From Azolla caroliniana (Eukaryota; Plantae; Polypodiophyta): a stretch of 64,000 nt of DNA. Both the position numbers and the translations under genes were made by a program. The stretch is from assembly GCA_043228905.1 (NCBI GenBank), contig JBHGNT010000013.1:9486001-9550000 (forward strand), written 5' to 3'. Under the pieces are notes generated by a model. The model was not told where the DNA came from, did not search any database, and was given only the letters and a program-made list of their open reading frames with translations. This document shows, piece by piece, positions 1-12,658 of this stretch (position 1 is the first letter of the stretch; each line of letters starts with the position of its first letter).

Positions 1-459
1 CAGGGACATATCCGTGAATATGTTTGTTATGGGCCCCTGAGGCTATAGTTGTAAATAGCCCCAAAGTCATATATGTATAAATATGACTTAGGGCAAACTG
101 TTTTATAGTTGCTACTCATTTTTCTGTTTTTCCACTGAAGAGGAGTGAAGAGCGAGCAGCCGTGAGAGAGATAGAGCGTGAGAGAGGAAGAGGTCGACGC
201 CTCTGTGTATTTCCGCCGCCTGTGGCGAGGACAGCGAGCTCAAGGTCGTCGCCTTGCAGCTCGCCATTGTATACTTCTCTGTGCATAGTTTTGGTTTGGA
301 GTCTTGTACTCCCGTGGTTTTTCCCGTCTAGGGTTTTCCACGTTAATCCCTGTGTATTCGTGTTCTTCCTCTGTGGTTCCTATTTTCTGCTGCATTGATT
401 CGTGCTTACTCGGTTGTGGCCGAGCGGTGAAGGTTAATCGAAGCGTCGATTTCCTTACA
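1..459 (+). mobile_element. 3' part of an LTR (3' LTR or solo LTR) related to the Copia element A LTR, inserted in the gag of Copia B
   Basis: Shares blocks with LTR 576-1250 (GTAAATAGCC..AAAGTCATAT..GTATAAATATGACTTAGGGCAAAC, CCGCCTGTGGCGAGGA, CTCGGTTGTGGCCGAGC). Ends ..TTCCTTACA at 459 and is followed by Copia gag sequence, not by a PBS. Confidence 0.75.
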
Positions 460-575
460 GGGATAGTATCCCAAGTTTTCCAGATCTAGTTTCAATGCAT
501 GTAGTAGAAGAAAGGAATAAGATGGATGATGTAAATAAAGGAAATCTTGAGAATGAGGGGCAAGCCCTATATAAT

Positions 576-1250
576 TGTTGGGAGACAGGTCCCTCCGGAT
601 GGTGCAGACCCGGTGAAGACCGGATGAGGAGTACTCGGCTACGGAGAGCTGGATGGTGCAGACCCGGTGAAGACCGGATGAGGAGTACCCGGCTACGGAG
701 AGCCGGATGGTGCAGACCCGGTGAAGACCGGATGAGGAGTACCCGGCTACGGAGAGCCGGATGGTGCAGACCCGGTCAAGACCGGATGAAGAGACATATT
801 CGTAAATATGTTTCTGAGAGCCCATCATGGCTATATTTGTAAATAGCCGAAAAGTCATATTAGTATAAATATGACTTAGGGCAAACTTTTAGGTTACTGT
901 TGTTGTTGTTGTCATTTCTTGTTGGTGCAAGAAAAGAGAGAGCGCGTAACAATGCACAGAGAGAGAGAGAGAGAAAGAGGTCGTTGCCTCTGTTGTAACC
1001 ACCGCCTGTGGCGAGGATCGTGAGCACGAGGTCGTTGCCTCCGTGAACTCACTGTTGTACATTCTAACATAGTGATAGTTTGCAGCCTGTGGGCTGCCGT
1101 GGTTTTTCCCTTAGTTTGGGTTTTCCACGTAAACATCCTGCGTTTTTTTTTTCTCTTCTATGTGTCGTGCATTCATTCCCGTTTTCTGTGTATGATTCTA
1201 AGCTCGGTTGTGGCCGAGCATTGCGCATAAGGAGCGTTGAGTTCCCGTCA
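576..1250 (+). repeat. 5' LTR of Copia A
   Basis: TG..CA termini, matches 5865-6521, followed by a tRNA-iMet PBS. Confidence 0.95.
597..790 (+). repeat. 54-bp tandem repeat in U3 of the 5' LTR (3 units plus a partial)
   Basis: Unit GGATGGTGCAGACCCGGTGAAGACCGGATGAGGAGTACCCGGCTACGGAGAGCC; gives the 18-aa periodicity seen in the ORF track. Confidence 0.95.
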
Positions 1251-1252
1251 AG

Positions 1253-1264
1253 TGGTATCAGAGC
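1253..1264 (+). promoter_or_regulatory. Primer binding site (tRNA-iMet) of Copia A
   Basis: TGGTATCAGAGC, 2 nt after the LTR end. Confidence 0.9.
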
Positions 1265-1279
1265 GAGACGACACAGAAA

Positions 1280-4200
1280 ATGGACGAATCATTTGGCGGC
1301 ATGTTCAAGCTCACCGGCTCCAACTATTCAGTGTGGAAGTCGAAGATGAGGGACATGCTCGTGGTTAAAGACCTTTGGCTGCCGGTTCAGTTCGGGGACA
1401 AGAGACCGGACAAAATCGACGCCGCGATATGGGAGGTGATGCACATGAAGACAACGGCGTACATACGGTGCTTCATCGACATGAGCCTGTACAACAACTT
1501 CAATGAAGAGAGCAAGGCTCATGAGCTTTGGGAGAAGATCGACATAATGTTTCAAAACAAAAATGTTGTTAATCAGGTTTCAGTATTCCGGAAGCTAGTA
1601 AGACTCCGATACCAAGATGGCTCCAGCATGGCGGAGCACATGAATGCCTTCCAAGGGCTGATACACCAGTCAACTTCATTAGAAGTACCTCTCGCCGACG
1701 AGGTACTAGCACTACTCCTACTCGGTTCCCTCCCGGATAGCTGGGAGACGTTGGTTGTCACTTTGGGCAACGCCGGGCCAGAAGGAAAGCGGTTATCCCT
1801 AGCAAGAGTAAAGTCGAGCTTGCTAGATGAGGAGGCACGTAGGAAAGACAAAGATACGAGCTCCGACTCCAAAGCGCTCCTTACCGAATCGGAACGCGGA
1901 AGACATAGAAACTGTAGTCCCCAGAACCGGGAGAAGTCGGGGACACGGTCAAAGTCAAGGGGGAGGCCCACTTGCTTCTATTGCGGCAAGCCGAGACACT
2001 TCCAAAAGAACTGTCGGCATTTCCGAAAAGTTTAGGAGACCGACGGTACCGATTCGAAGCGGACCCCGGACCGGAACGGTAAAGACCGGAGGGGGCTGGA
2101 CCGGAAGGGAACAATGGCAATCGCGGCAAGTGAAGAAGAGTTGATGCTCATCACCGAGGAGAGTGAGATAAACCTTGTCGGCGACGAGATGACCTGGGTG
2201 GTAGAATCTGGAGCGTCGTTCCACCTTACCCCGGACCGGAAATGCTTCTCATCCTACTCAATCGGTGATCACGGCTGTGTCCGGATGGGGAATGAAGGTA
2301 CATGCCGAATTGTCGGCATAGGAGACGTGTGGCTGACAACACCAACCGGATGCAAGTTGCTGCTGAAGGATGTCCGACACGTTCCGGAGGTTCGTCTGAA
2401 CCTAATATCAGCCGGTCGGCTAGATGATGAAGGCTACACGGGTAGCATCCGGAACGGTGTCATGAGGTTCAACAAAGGGAGCCTGATTGTGGCTCAGGCT
2501 CGGAAGGTCAACACATTGTACCTGATGAATGCCTGGTTATGTCCGGAAGAAGTGAACGTGGCATCCGACACTGCGGGTGAGCTGTGGCACAAGAGGTTGT
2601 GTCATATGAGCGAGAAGGGGATGAAGAGGCTTGCAGACGACAACCTCATTCCAGTGAAGAACGTGCACTTGGAGAAGTGCATTGATTGTCTGGCCGGTAA
2701 GCAAAACCGGACCTCCTTCCGACCAAGGCCACCGATGAGACGTAATGCTCCACTGGAGTTGGTGCATACGGATGTGTGTCAAGTAGACATGAAGTCACAT
2801 GTCGGAGCGTAGTACTTCGTGACATTCATAGATGACCACAGCCGAAAGTTGTGGGCCACACCATTGAAGACGAAGGATCAGGTGCTATCCGTCTTCGAAG
2901 AGCTCCACACGAGAGTGGAAGCTGAAGGCGGTTCGAGCAGATAACGAAGGAGAATACCGGGGGCAGTTCGAGGAGTACTGCCGCTCGAAGGGAATCTGGC
3001 TCGAATTTACCGTGCCGAAGATGCCGGAACTAAACGGGTTGGCCGAGAGGATGAACCAGACCATAATGGAGAGGGTCCGGAGTATGCTGGTGCATGCAAA
3101 ACTACCCAAGAATTTTTGGGTTGAGGCACTGTCGACGGCGACATATGTGATAAATAGATCACCCTCAGTACCCTTGGACGGAGACACGCCACAGAGAGTG
3201 TGGACCGGGAAGGAAGTATCCTACCGGCACCTGAAGGTGTTCGGGTGTCTCGCGTACGTGCATGTAGCTAAGGACCGGAGAGAAAAGTTAGATCCAAAGA
3301 CCCGTCCATGCATATTCCTCGGTTACGGTGACGATGAGTTCGGCTACCGAATGTGGGACCTGGTCGACAAGAAGGTATTCCGGAGTCGAGATATTATCTT
3401 CATGGAGGACAAGATGCTCGCCGACTGGGAGTCGGAGAAGAAGATAAAGAACTCTGAGTCGACCGGTAAGGATCGACTCTACGATGAGCAGACCCAACCG
3501 GCAAGAGACCGGTTAGCACTCGAGGGACCAGCCGGTTACGGTGAGGATACCGAACAAGCTGAAGAAGAAGTGGAGGAAGTTGAAACCGGAACCGACCAAG
3601 ACCCCGAATCGGATTCGGATGAAGAGCAAATGGAGGAGCCAATTACCGAAGCCCGAAGACGGAGATATCCTCTCAGAGAGAGAAGGGCGCCCCGGAGATT
3701 TCCGGATGCAGAGCATGTTCTGCTGACCGATGAGGGGGAGCCGGAAAGCATCGAAGAAGCGAAGGATGACACCCACAGCCACAAATGGTTAAGTGCCATG
3801 CAGGACGAGATGGATTCCCTGCATGAGAACCATACGTACGAATTGGTGGAGTTGCCGAAAGGAAAGCGGGCACTCCGAAACAAGTGGGTGTAGAAGTTGA
3901 AACCGGGAGATGCCGGCAACCCCCCGAGATACAAAACCAAGATCGTGGTGAAGGGGTTCTAGTAGAAGAAGGGTGTGGACTTCGACGAGATATTTGCCCC
4001 GGTAGTAAAGATGACCTCCATCCGGACGGTGTTGAGTATAGCGGCAAGCATGGACCTCGAGGTAGAGCAGCTAGACGTGAAGACGGCATTCCTTCACGGC
4101 GACCTCGAAGAGGAGATCTACATGCAGCAACCGGAAGGATTTGTGGAGAAAGGGAAGGAGCACCTGGTTTTCCGGTTGAAGAAGAGCCTCTACGGGTTGA

Positions 4201-5854
4201 AGCAGGCCCCCCGGCAATGGTACCAGAAGTTCGACTCCTTCATGACCGATCAAGGGTACCAGAAGACGCAGGCCGATCACTGCGTGTTTGTGAAGATGTA
4301 CGCAATGGTGTGTACCCGACCAGATATAGGATACGCAGTCGGAGTGGTGAGCCGGTTTATGAGCAATCCCGGCAAGGAGCACTGGAACGCGGTCAAATGG
4401 ATACTCCGGTATTTGAAGGGCACTTCAAATATGTGTCTCCGATTCGGCTCCAGAAAACCTCAACTTGACAGTTTCACCGATTCGGACATGTCGGCTGATG
4501 TGGATACCAGCCAGTCTACATCCGGGTACGTAATGACATATGCAGGGGGAGTTGTTTCGTGGCAGTCGAGACTGCAGAAGACGGTTGCATTGTCAACCAC
4601 GGAGGCGGAGTACATGGCAGTTGTGGAAGCCGGCAAGGAAATATTATGGATGAAGGACTTCATCGGAGAGCTCGGTATCCGGCAAGATGAATACCGACTC
4701 TATTGCGACAGTCAAAGTGCCATCCACCTTGCTAAGTGTTGGGAGACAGGTCCCTCCGGATGGTGCAGGCCCGGTGTGAACCAGATGAGGAGTACCCGGC
4801 TACGGAGAGCCAGATGGTGCAGACCCGGTGAAGACTGGATGAGGAGTAACCAGCTACGGAGAGCCGAATGATACAAACCCGGTGAAGACCGGATGAGGAG
4901 TACCAGGCCACGGAGAGCCGGATGGTGCAGGCCCGGTGAAGACCGGATGAGGAGTAACCGGCTACGGAGAGCCGGATGAGGAGTAACCGGCTACGGAGAG
5001 CCGGATGATACAGACCCGGTGAAGACCGAATGAGGAGTACCCGGCTACGGAGAGCCGGATGGTGCAGGCCCAGTGTGAACCGGATGAGGAGTACCCGGCT
5101 ACGGAGAGCCGGATGGTGCAGGCCCGGTGAGAACCGGATGAGGAGCACCCGGCTACAGAGAGCCGGATGACGCAAACCCGGTACAAACCGGAGGAAGAGA
5201 CATATTCTGAGAGCTCATCGAGGCTACATTTGTAAATAGCCGAAAAAGTCATATTAGTATAAATATGACTTAGGGCAAACTTTTAGTATTGTTGTTGTCA
5301 TTTTTCTTGTTGGTGCAAGAAGAATAGAGAGAGCACGTAACAGTGTACAGAGAGAGGGAGAGAGAGAAAGAGGTCGCTGCCTCTGTTGTAACCGCCGCCT
5401 GTGGCGAAGATCGTGAGCACGAGGTCGTTGCCTCCGTGAACTCACTGTTTTGTACATTACTACATAGTGACAGTTTGCAGCTTGTGGGCTGCCGTGGTTT
5501 TTCCCCTAGTTTGGGGTTTTCCACGTAAACCTCCTGTGTATCTTCCTCTTCTCTGTGTCGTGCTTTATTTCCCGTTTTTTCTGTGTATCATTCTAAGCTT
5601 GGTTGTGGCCGAGCGTTGTGCATAAGGAGCGTTGAGTTTCCTTCACTAAGAATGCAGCCTACCATTCCTGGACAAAGCATATCCAGCGAAGGTATCACTG
5701 GATCCGAGAAAAAGTAGATGACCAGGAGTTCGCACTGACGAAGATCCACACGGCCGAGAACGGGTCAGATATGTTGACCAAAGTGCTTATACCCGTCAAG
5801 CTGGATGCATGCTGGAAGAGAATCGGACTGGTAAGACACCCCATGCCGGAGTGA
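1280..5854 (+). pseudogene. Copia A gag-pol, broken by stops, an RT deletion and a solo LTR
   Basis: Gag with CFYCGKPRHFQKNC knuckle, protease WVVESGASFH, integrase HKRLCH..CIDC and ELNGLAERMN, RT QLDVKTAFLHG, RNase H TDSD..STTEAEY. The YVDD region is absent. Confidence 0.9.
4737..5645 (+). mobile_element. Solo LTR of the Copia A family inserted in the RNase H of Copia A
   Basis: TGTTGGGAGACAGG..TTCCTTCA, TSD CTAAG (4732-4736, 5646-5650). RNase H frame resumes after it (HLAK|NAAYHSWTKHI). About 7.5 copies of the 54-bp unit. Confidence 0.95.
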
Positions 5855-5864
5855 AGGGGGAGTT

Positions 5865-6521
5865 TGTTGGGAGACAGGTCCCTCCGGATGGTGCAGACCC
5901 GGTGAAGACCGGATGAGGAGTACCCGGCTACGGAGAGCCGGATGGTGCAGACCCGGTGAAGACCGAATGAGGAATACCTGACTACGGAGAGCCGGATGGT
6001 GCAGACCCGGTGAAAAGACCGGATGAGGAGTACCCGGCTGCGGAGAGCCGGATGGTGCAGACCCGGTGAAGACTGGATGAGGAGTACCCAGCTATGGAGA
6101 GCCGAATGGTGCAGACCCGGTCAAGACTAGATGAAGAGACATATTCGTAAATATGTTTCTAAGAGCCCATCATGGCTATATTTGTAAATAGCCGAAAAGT
6201 CATATTAGTATAAATATGACTTAGGGCAAACTTTTAGGTTACTGTTGTTGTTGTTGTCATTTCTTGTTGGTGCAAGAAAAGAGAGAGTGTGTAACAGTGT
6301 ACAGAGAGAGAGAGAGAGAAAGAGGTTGTACATTCTAACATAGTGAAAGTTTGCAGCCTATGGGCTGCCGTGGTTTTTCCCTTAGTTTGGGTTTTCCACG
6401 TAAACATCCTGCGTTTTTTTTTTCTCTTCTATGTGTCGTGCATTCATTCCCGTTTTCTGTGTATGATTCTAAGCTCGGTTGTGGCCGAGCATTGTGCATA
6501 AGCAGCGTTGAGTTCCCGTCA
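5865..6521 (+). repeat. 3' LTR of Copia A
   Basis: Preceded by a PPT, followed by TSD ATAAT. Four 54-bp units plus a partial, and a ~70-bp deletion near 6325 relative to the 5' LTR. Confidence 0.95.
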
Positions 6522-7012
6522 ATAATAGTGCTGGAAGAGGCCGAGGAAGAGGCCATGAAAGATTTGGCTCAACAAGAACCAACAATAATGGTTATCAAGG
6601 AAGAGGACAACAAATCATTAGAGGAAGAAACAACAATAGAGGCAGGGGGAGCAACCAAGGTAGAGGTAAGCAAACATATGTAAATGATGAAACCAGGCCA
6701 CACACAAGCTGAATGTTACAAGAAGCAAAATGATGAGCAAAGAGGAAAGAGACAGCAGAATAACTATGCCCAAACTAGTGAAGATTGTGAAAAGTGGTGC
6801 ATTTGTGGTACAACATGAGAGCTATAGCAGCAGTGGCTAAAAGCTCACAGAAATGTAATAAAGAGTTTACATGGTATGTAGACTCGGGGGCATCTAACCA
6901 TATGATTGGACATGCAAACTAGTTTGAAAGGTTAAGAGAACCAGAGATTCCTTGCTATGTACAAACGGGTGATAATAGTACTCACCAAATAGAACATGTT
7001 GGAGATATCCCA

Positions 7013-8551
7013 TTGTGGGAAGAAAAAGGAAAGACTAAGTATATGTTGAATGTAATGCATGTTCCAAATCTTGCTAAGAATCTGATTTCTATTGGACAGA
7101 TAGTAGAGCAAGGTATGCAAGTAAAGTTTAAGCAAAGTGGATGCTATATAGAAAAGAATGGGAAGCTCATTGCAAAAGGAAAACGACAAGGAAGAATGTT
7201 TATTTTGGATGTTGACATGCCTAGACAGATTTCAGCTATGTTTGCAAATGGAATGAGTGTAGTCTCAGATGTGGAAATGTGGCATAAAAGGATTGGCCAC
7301 ATAAGTATGCAAACCCTAAAGAATATGTTGAGAAAAGATGCAGTGACTGGACTGCCAAAACTGAAAAATTGTGAAATGGGAAAGATATGTGAAGCATGTC
7401 AATATGGAAAGAAAAATAGGTTGACATTCCCTCATGAAAGACATGTAAGTAAAAATTTGTTGGATTTGGTACATACGGATGTATGGGGACCAACTAAGAA
7501 TGCATCTATCGGCGGCTGCAGATTCTATGTAACTTTTATTGATGATTGCTCAAGGAAAACATGGGTGTACTTCATGAAAGAGAAAAGTGAAGTGTTTGAA
7601 TGTTTTCGTAAGTTTAAATGCATGGTAGAAAAGCAGGCAGGTACAAGAATAAAATGTTTAAGATCTGGAGGAGGAGAGTATTTCTCCAATGAATTTTCTG
7701 ATTTTCTATGCAATCAGGGAATAAGAAGACAATTCACATGTAGATATACTCCACAGCAAAATGGAGTTGCTGAGAGGAAAAACAGAACATTGGTGAACAT
7801 TGCAAGGGCTTTGATGACAAAGAAGAATATGCCATTGTACTATTGGGCAGAAGTTGTAAATACAACAAATTATATTCTAAATAGATGTATAACATCGAGA
7901 GTACATGAAGCAACTCCTGAAGAGTGTTTCTATGGAAGGAAACCTAGTTTAGAACACTTAAAAGTGTTTGGATGCCTTGCATATGTACATGTGCCTGCAG
8001 AAGTAAGAAGTAAGTTGGATCCAAAAGCAGAAAAATGTATTTTTGTTGGCTATTCAGAAGAACAAAAAGGGTATAGATGCTATAACCCTAAAACAAAGAA
8101 GATTGTGACAAGTAGGGATGTAATCTTTGATGAGTTAGCGAGCTGGTACAGTCCAAAACAGAATCCAGAGACTGATGAAGACAATGAGATTAAAGACAGA
8201 GACAAATCTGAAAATGTAGAAGACTACCACAGAGATGGAAGCAAGGTTGGACAGCAAAGTCCAACATCAACAGAATGTTCTGGACCATCAAAAAGCTCAG
8301 ATGGTAAATCTGATTCGAATTCTTGGAGTGGAAAAAGTGGAGGACACAAAAAATGTGATGATAAAAAAGGAAAACAGAAAATGCCAGAGTATGAAATGTT
8401 GGATGACTTGTCTAAAAACATGGAAGATGAGGATTCAGATATGTCATTGGATGATTTTCTTGGTATAAGAGGATTGAAAATCCCTGGTATGGAAAAAGCA
8501 TTGAAGGATGCAAATCGGAAACTGAGAAGATCAGATAGATCAGACTGTTGA
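7013..8551 (+). pseudogene. Copia B integrase region
   Basis: WHKRIGH..CEAC zinc finger, LVHTDVWGP, TPQQNGVAERKN, GYSEEQKGYRCY (GKGY-like motif). Confidence 0.9.
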
Positions 8552-9043
8552 AAGATTTGGTTATGATACATATATGGCTATGCATTATGCATATATGTCT
8601 AAGGTGGTACGGATCCCTGATCCAAGTAGTTTTGATGAGGCTAAAACTAAGAAGAAATGGGTGCATGCAATGCAAGAAGAGATTGATGCATTGGCTGAAA
8701 ACAGAACATGGGATTTGGTGAAGTTACCAAAAGGAAAAAATGTGGTAGGTTGCAAATGGGTCTACAAGACAAAGCATGATTCCAGTGGGAATGTAAGTAG
8801 ACATAAAGCAAGATTGGTTGCAAAGGGATATGCCCAAATGCAAGGAATTGATTATGATGAGACATTTGCACCGGTTGCAAAGATGGCAACATTGAGGACA
8901 TTATTGGTTGTAGGTGCAGCCAGAAGATGGTTTCTTCATCATATGGATGTAAAAAATGCCTTTTTACATGGTAACTTGGAAGAAGAAGTGTATATGTGTC
9001 AACCACTAGGTTTTGAAGATAGAAAGCATCTAGATTATGTATG

Positions 9044-9578
9044 TGTTAAGCGTTGGGATAACAACACAACCAGTCACGAATAAGAACGCATCAACAAGGA
9101 CGTAGTACAAAGAGGAAAGGGCAAGAGGAAAGGAAAGCAAAGAGACGGCCAAATGTGAAAGGCCCATACCCTAAACGTGAAAGCTATATAAACCACATAG
9201 TAGTGGCTTTGTGGGGGTTCTCCCATTTGTAAAGATCTCCTATTGATTAGAGCTAGAGCTTCCTCCCCTCTTTCTTGTAACCTTTGAGCTTAAGAGAGAT
9301 TAGTGAAGTGTTGAGTTAGAGAACACTAATCTCTCTCCTTGTTGGTGCTAGACCTCTTAGCAAAGAGGGTTAATAATAGACATACTCTTGCTTCTTATTG
9401 TCTATACTATTGATCTATTGTTTATGAGAGAGAGCTTGAGAGAGTGAGAGAGAGATCGTGCTTAATCATTTACTAATCGTTGAGTGAGTGTGAGGCTCAG
9501 AGGTATCCGACAACCATCTCCGCCCGATTCGCCATCAAGAGGGTATACGCCGGTCCGAATCCCGCCACGACATCGAGG
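9044..9578 (+). repeat. 5' LTR of Gypsy G, lacking the last ~32 bp; no PBS follows
   Basis: Near-identical to the 3' LTR up to ..ACGACATCGAGG, then diverges. The AGCTTAC..CCTTAACA end is absent. Confidence 0.9.
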
Positions 9579-9616
9579 CAAACCTCTCAACGAAGGAAGA
9601 AATCGCAAGAGAACCA

Positions 9617-10003
9617 CCATTTTCTGTTTTTTCATCATTTCATAGTTTAATTAAGTGCCATTTTCTGTTTTTTTCATCATTTCATAGTTTAATTAAGTGC
9701 CATTTTCTGTTTTTTTCATCATTTCATAGTTTAATTAAGTGCCATTTTCTGTTTTTTCATTATTTCATAGTTTAATTAAGTGTCATTTTCTGTTTTTTTC
9801 ATCATTTCATAGTTTAATTAAGTGCCATTTTCTGTTTTTTCATCATTTCATAGTTTAATTAAGTTCCATTTTCAGTTTTTTCATCATTTCATAGTTTAAT
9901 TAAGTTCCATTTTCTGTTTTCTCATCATTTCATAGTTTAATTAAGTTCCATTTTCTGTTTTCTCATCGTTTCATAGTTTAATTAAGTTCCATTTTCTGTT
10001 TTT
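9617..10003 (+). repeat. 41-42-bp AT-rich tandem array (~9.4 units) in the leader of Gypsy G
   Basis: Unit CCATTTTCTGTTTTTTCATCATTTCATAGTTTAATTAAGTG. Confidence 0.95.
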
Positions 10004-10143
10004 TCGCTCGGTTAACATTAAACATTGTGGAGGTTTAGGCCGTTACGGGGCAAGCATAATCACCGCGAGTCTCGCGGCTTACGATCACTCCACGGGTCAC
10101 GAAGCGACCGTTGGCGCCAAAAAGTTTGAATTTCCCACGCAAA

Positions 10144-10298
10144 GCTCGTCGAAGATTCAACCTTCGACGAACATCTGTCCTTCGACGAAGGTTCAACCTG
10201 CGACGAAGCTTCCTCCTTCGACGAACATTCATCCTTCGACGAAGATTCAACCTGCGACGAATCTTCAACCTGCGACGAAGATTCATCCTTCGACGAAC
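10144..10298 (+). repeat. 18-bp CpG-rich tandem array (8 units plus a partial) just upstream of gag
   Basis: Unit ~CTTCGACGAAGATTCAAC with a near-palindromic core CTTCG-A-CGAAG. Confidence 0.9.
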
Positions 10299-10323
10299 CT
10301 ATAAAAAAGCTTGACCAAAAAAC

Positions 10324-12658
10324 ATGGCCGGATCCTCATGGACAGAAATGTTCAAAACCCGACCCGCATGCCTGGAAGAGTCCACGCAAACCGACCAAAC
10401 CCTCGAGGCTGACCCGCCTAACCCGACTCAGTACCACGGAAGGTGGCTAACTCCGGGGATACTACCAAACATGAACCTCCCATCGAGCCCAGGAACTAAA
10501 GCACTTCTCAACACACCCCCACTACAGGAGAGCCCAATGGCAGACCCACTCAGTGTAGAACGACATATACGAGACGCAGCGCAAGAGTTACGAGTGATAG
10601 AACACGAAATCAATCTATGGACGGTACAACTTGCGAAAGGAGGACAACCGGAAAGCACCACTCGAGATATCGAAGCTGCTTTGGCAAAAAGGAAGGATAG
10701 ATTCGCACGAGTGCAACAATAACTTCACCGCCTAGAAACATCGTCGCACATACACCGCCGAAGTCAGGAGCACAGCCCCGTACCGTGTTCGAGCACAACG
10801 GGCGATAGCCCGAACGAAACCCGCGCACGACGACACCCGACACCACCACACATGGGCACAATTCCTACTCCTGACCAAGCTACCCCTACACCTCCAAACG
10901 CCGAACTCGCACTAGCGCTACAATCCATACAAACTCTTGTAGCATTGATGGAAAAGGAGCGAGCACCCATAGACCATCCGAGAAACCTCACAAATGACAG
11001 TGGGAAGAGTGCTTCCATTTCTAAACTAGTACCCCGTTTCCTCAGTTTCGGCGATGCCTATGACCATGTCGAGAGGTTCAAACAGATTTGCCGCGCTTAT
11101 GAACCCCTCACAGAGATCACCAAGGTAGCCGCATTTGGACTCACACTTGATGACCAAGCCGGAATCTGGTTTCGAACCTTGAATGAAGACATCGCCACCG
11201 ATTTCGAGTACGTCATCGAGGATTTCTTGATAAACTTCGCTCGTAGAGGGAATAAATGGAACCCGATTGACCAACTTTTCGCCCTCAAACAAGAAGCAAA
11301 CGAAACGGTCAGGGACTACATACGTCGCACGAAAAGCTTGCATCATCGTTGTAGTCCGAACGACAAGATGTCGGATGACAAGTTGATGAGCCGTTTCATT
11401 AATGGGTTGTTTGATACGACACTCCAAAATTTCCTGATTTCCTTTGAAGATTCGATGAGTGGATTACACATACCCACTCACGCACCCACGAACAACCACA
11501 AGAAATCCTCCGACCCCACCCCTGCTCTACCCACACCACCGCGAACACCCCGTATAGAAAGACCCCAAGCATACGCCCAACGAGAAAATGTAAGGTGCAC
11601 GGTATGTCACGGACACCACAGGGACATGAGTGTCCCCTCCTTCATCAACGACGGTCGCAATACTGTAAGTGGTGCAAAGCTTTCGTAATGCATACGCAAG
11701 AGAACTGCTGGCAAACCCCCACTGGAAGGTACGGCCAAACGCCAATGGTGGAACACCCATGCTCCCCCCCACCACTTAGCTGCCCACCACTACCAGCGAT
11801 ACTCCCTCAACAACCCCCACGACCGTGCATCGATGCCCGCCTCGCTGAACTGGAGTATACCACAGATAACCAAACCCAGGTCGGAACGAGCACCCCCGAA
11901 TATGAAGACCCATACGGGAGTATGGCATTGAAGAAGAGGTGTTGTCCCATTTTGTGGATTTTGAAGGCGACCAAATACCAGTGTACGTCCTGAGAGGGGA
12001 ACAACGTGGACCCCCTATGGGATACCGCAACAACAATGGTCTGAGGAGGTCAGAATTGAAATGCTTCAACTGCCAAGGCCCGCATATGGTTAGCGAGTGC
12101 CCAACCAAACATGAGTACTACAACCGGATGGCCCAACGACCACGACACCTCCCACTCGACACGCCCCCGCAACCATTGGCGCAAGGGCCCACCCAACAGT
12201 CACAAGACCTCATCGAATGGTTCCAAAGAGAAGCATCATGCCCATGGTGCGGTAAAGAACACCTAGTACCTGATTGCCCGGAAAAGAAGAAAAGGGTCGG
12301 CACAAATCTGTTGTCCATTGTGCCATCCACGATTGGTGCCAATGTCATCACACGAGCCCAACAAGTAGCGCACAATTTAAAATACCAAGATCAAGGTCTC
12401 CCCGTGACCGCGCGTAAGAGACGCAAATCTAGGAAGAATAATTCCACGCAGACCTCAAAACAAGATCAAGAACCGGAGGGAGACACAGAAACATTACCCG
12501 TCAATCCGAATCAAGAACTACCGGCGCACCTAGCGGCATACCCAAATCCAGTAGTTGAGAAACAAAAAGTAGAAGAATACATCAAACTCATACACCACGA
12601 ACAGTTTGAAAAATCCCTTAGCCTCCCCGGCTTAAACTTCGAGCAACTAGAAGAATGA
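10324..12658 (+). pseudogene. Gypsy G gag (capsid-like domain plus several Cys/His knuckles), with stops and frameshifts
   Basis: Retrotrans_gag-like LKQEANETVRDYIRR. Cys/His modules CTVCHGHH, CKWCKAFVMHTQENC, CFNCQGPHMVSEC, CPWCGKEHLVPDC. Confidence 0.8.

Larger units (their letters stand above)
576..6521 (+). mobile_element. Ty1/Copia element A, full outline with both LTRs, degenerate
   Basis: LTRs 576-1250 and 5865-6521 (TGTTGG..CGTCA), TSD ATAAT (571-575, 6522-6526), PBS TGGTATCAGAGC 1253-1264, PPT GAGTGAAGGGGGAG before 5865. Domain order gag-PR-INT-RT-RH. Confidence 0.95.

Noticed and set aside
406-858. Repetitive ORFs on both strands (also 4732-5252)
   Set aside because: By-products of the 54-bp LTR repeat, whose length is a multiple of three.
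10035-10314. Arg-rich protamine-like ORFs
   Set aside because: Translations of the 18-bp array; no independent support.
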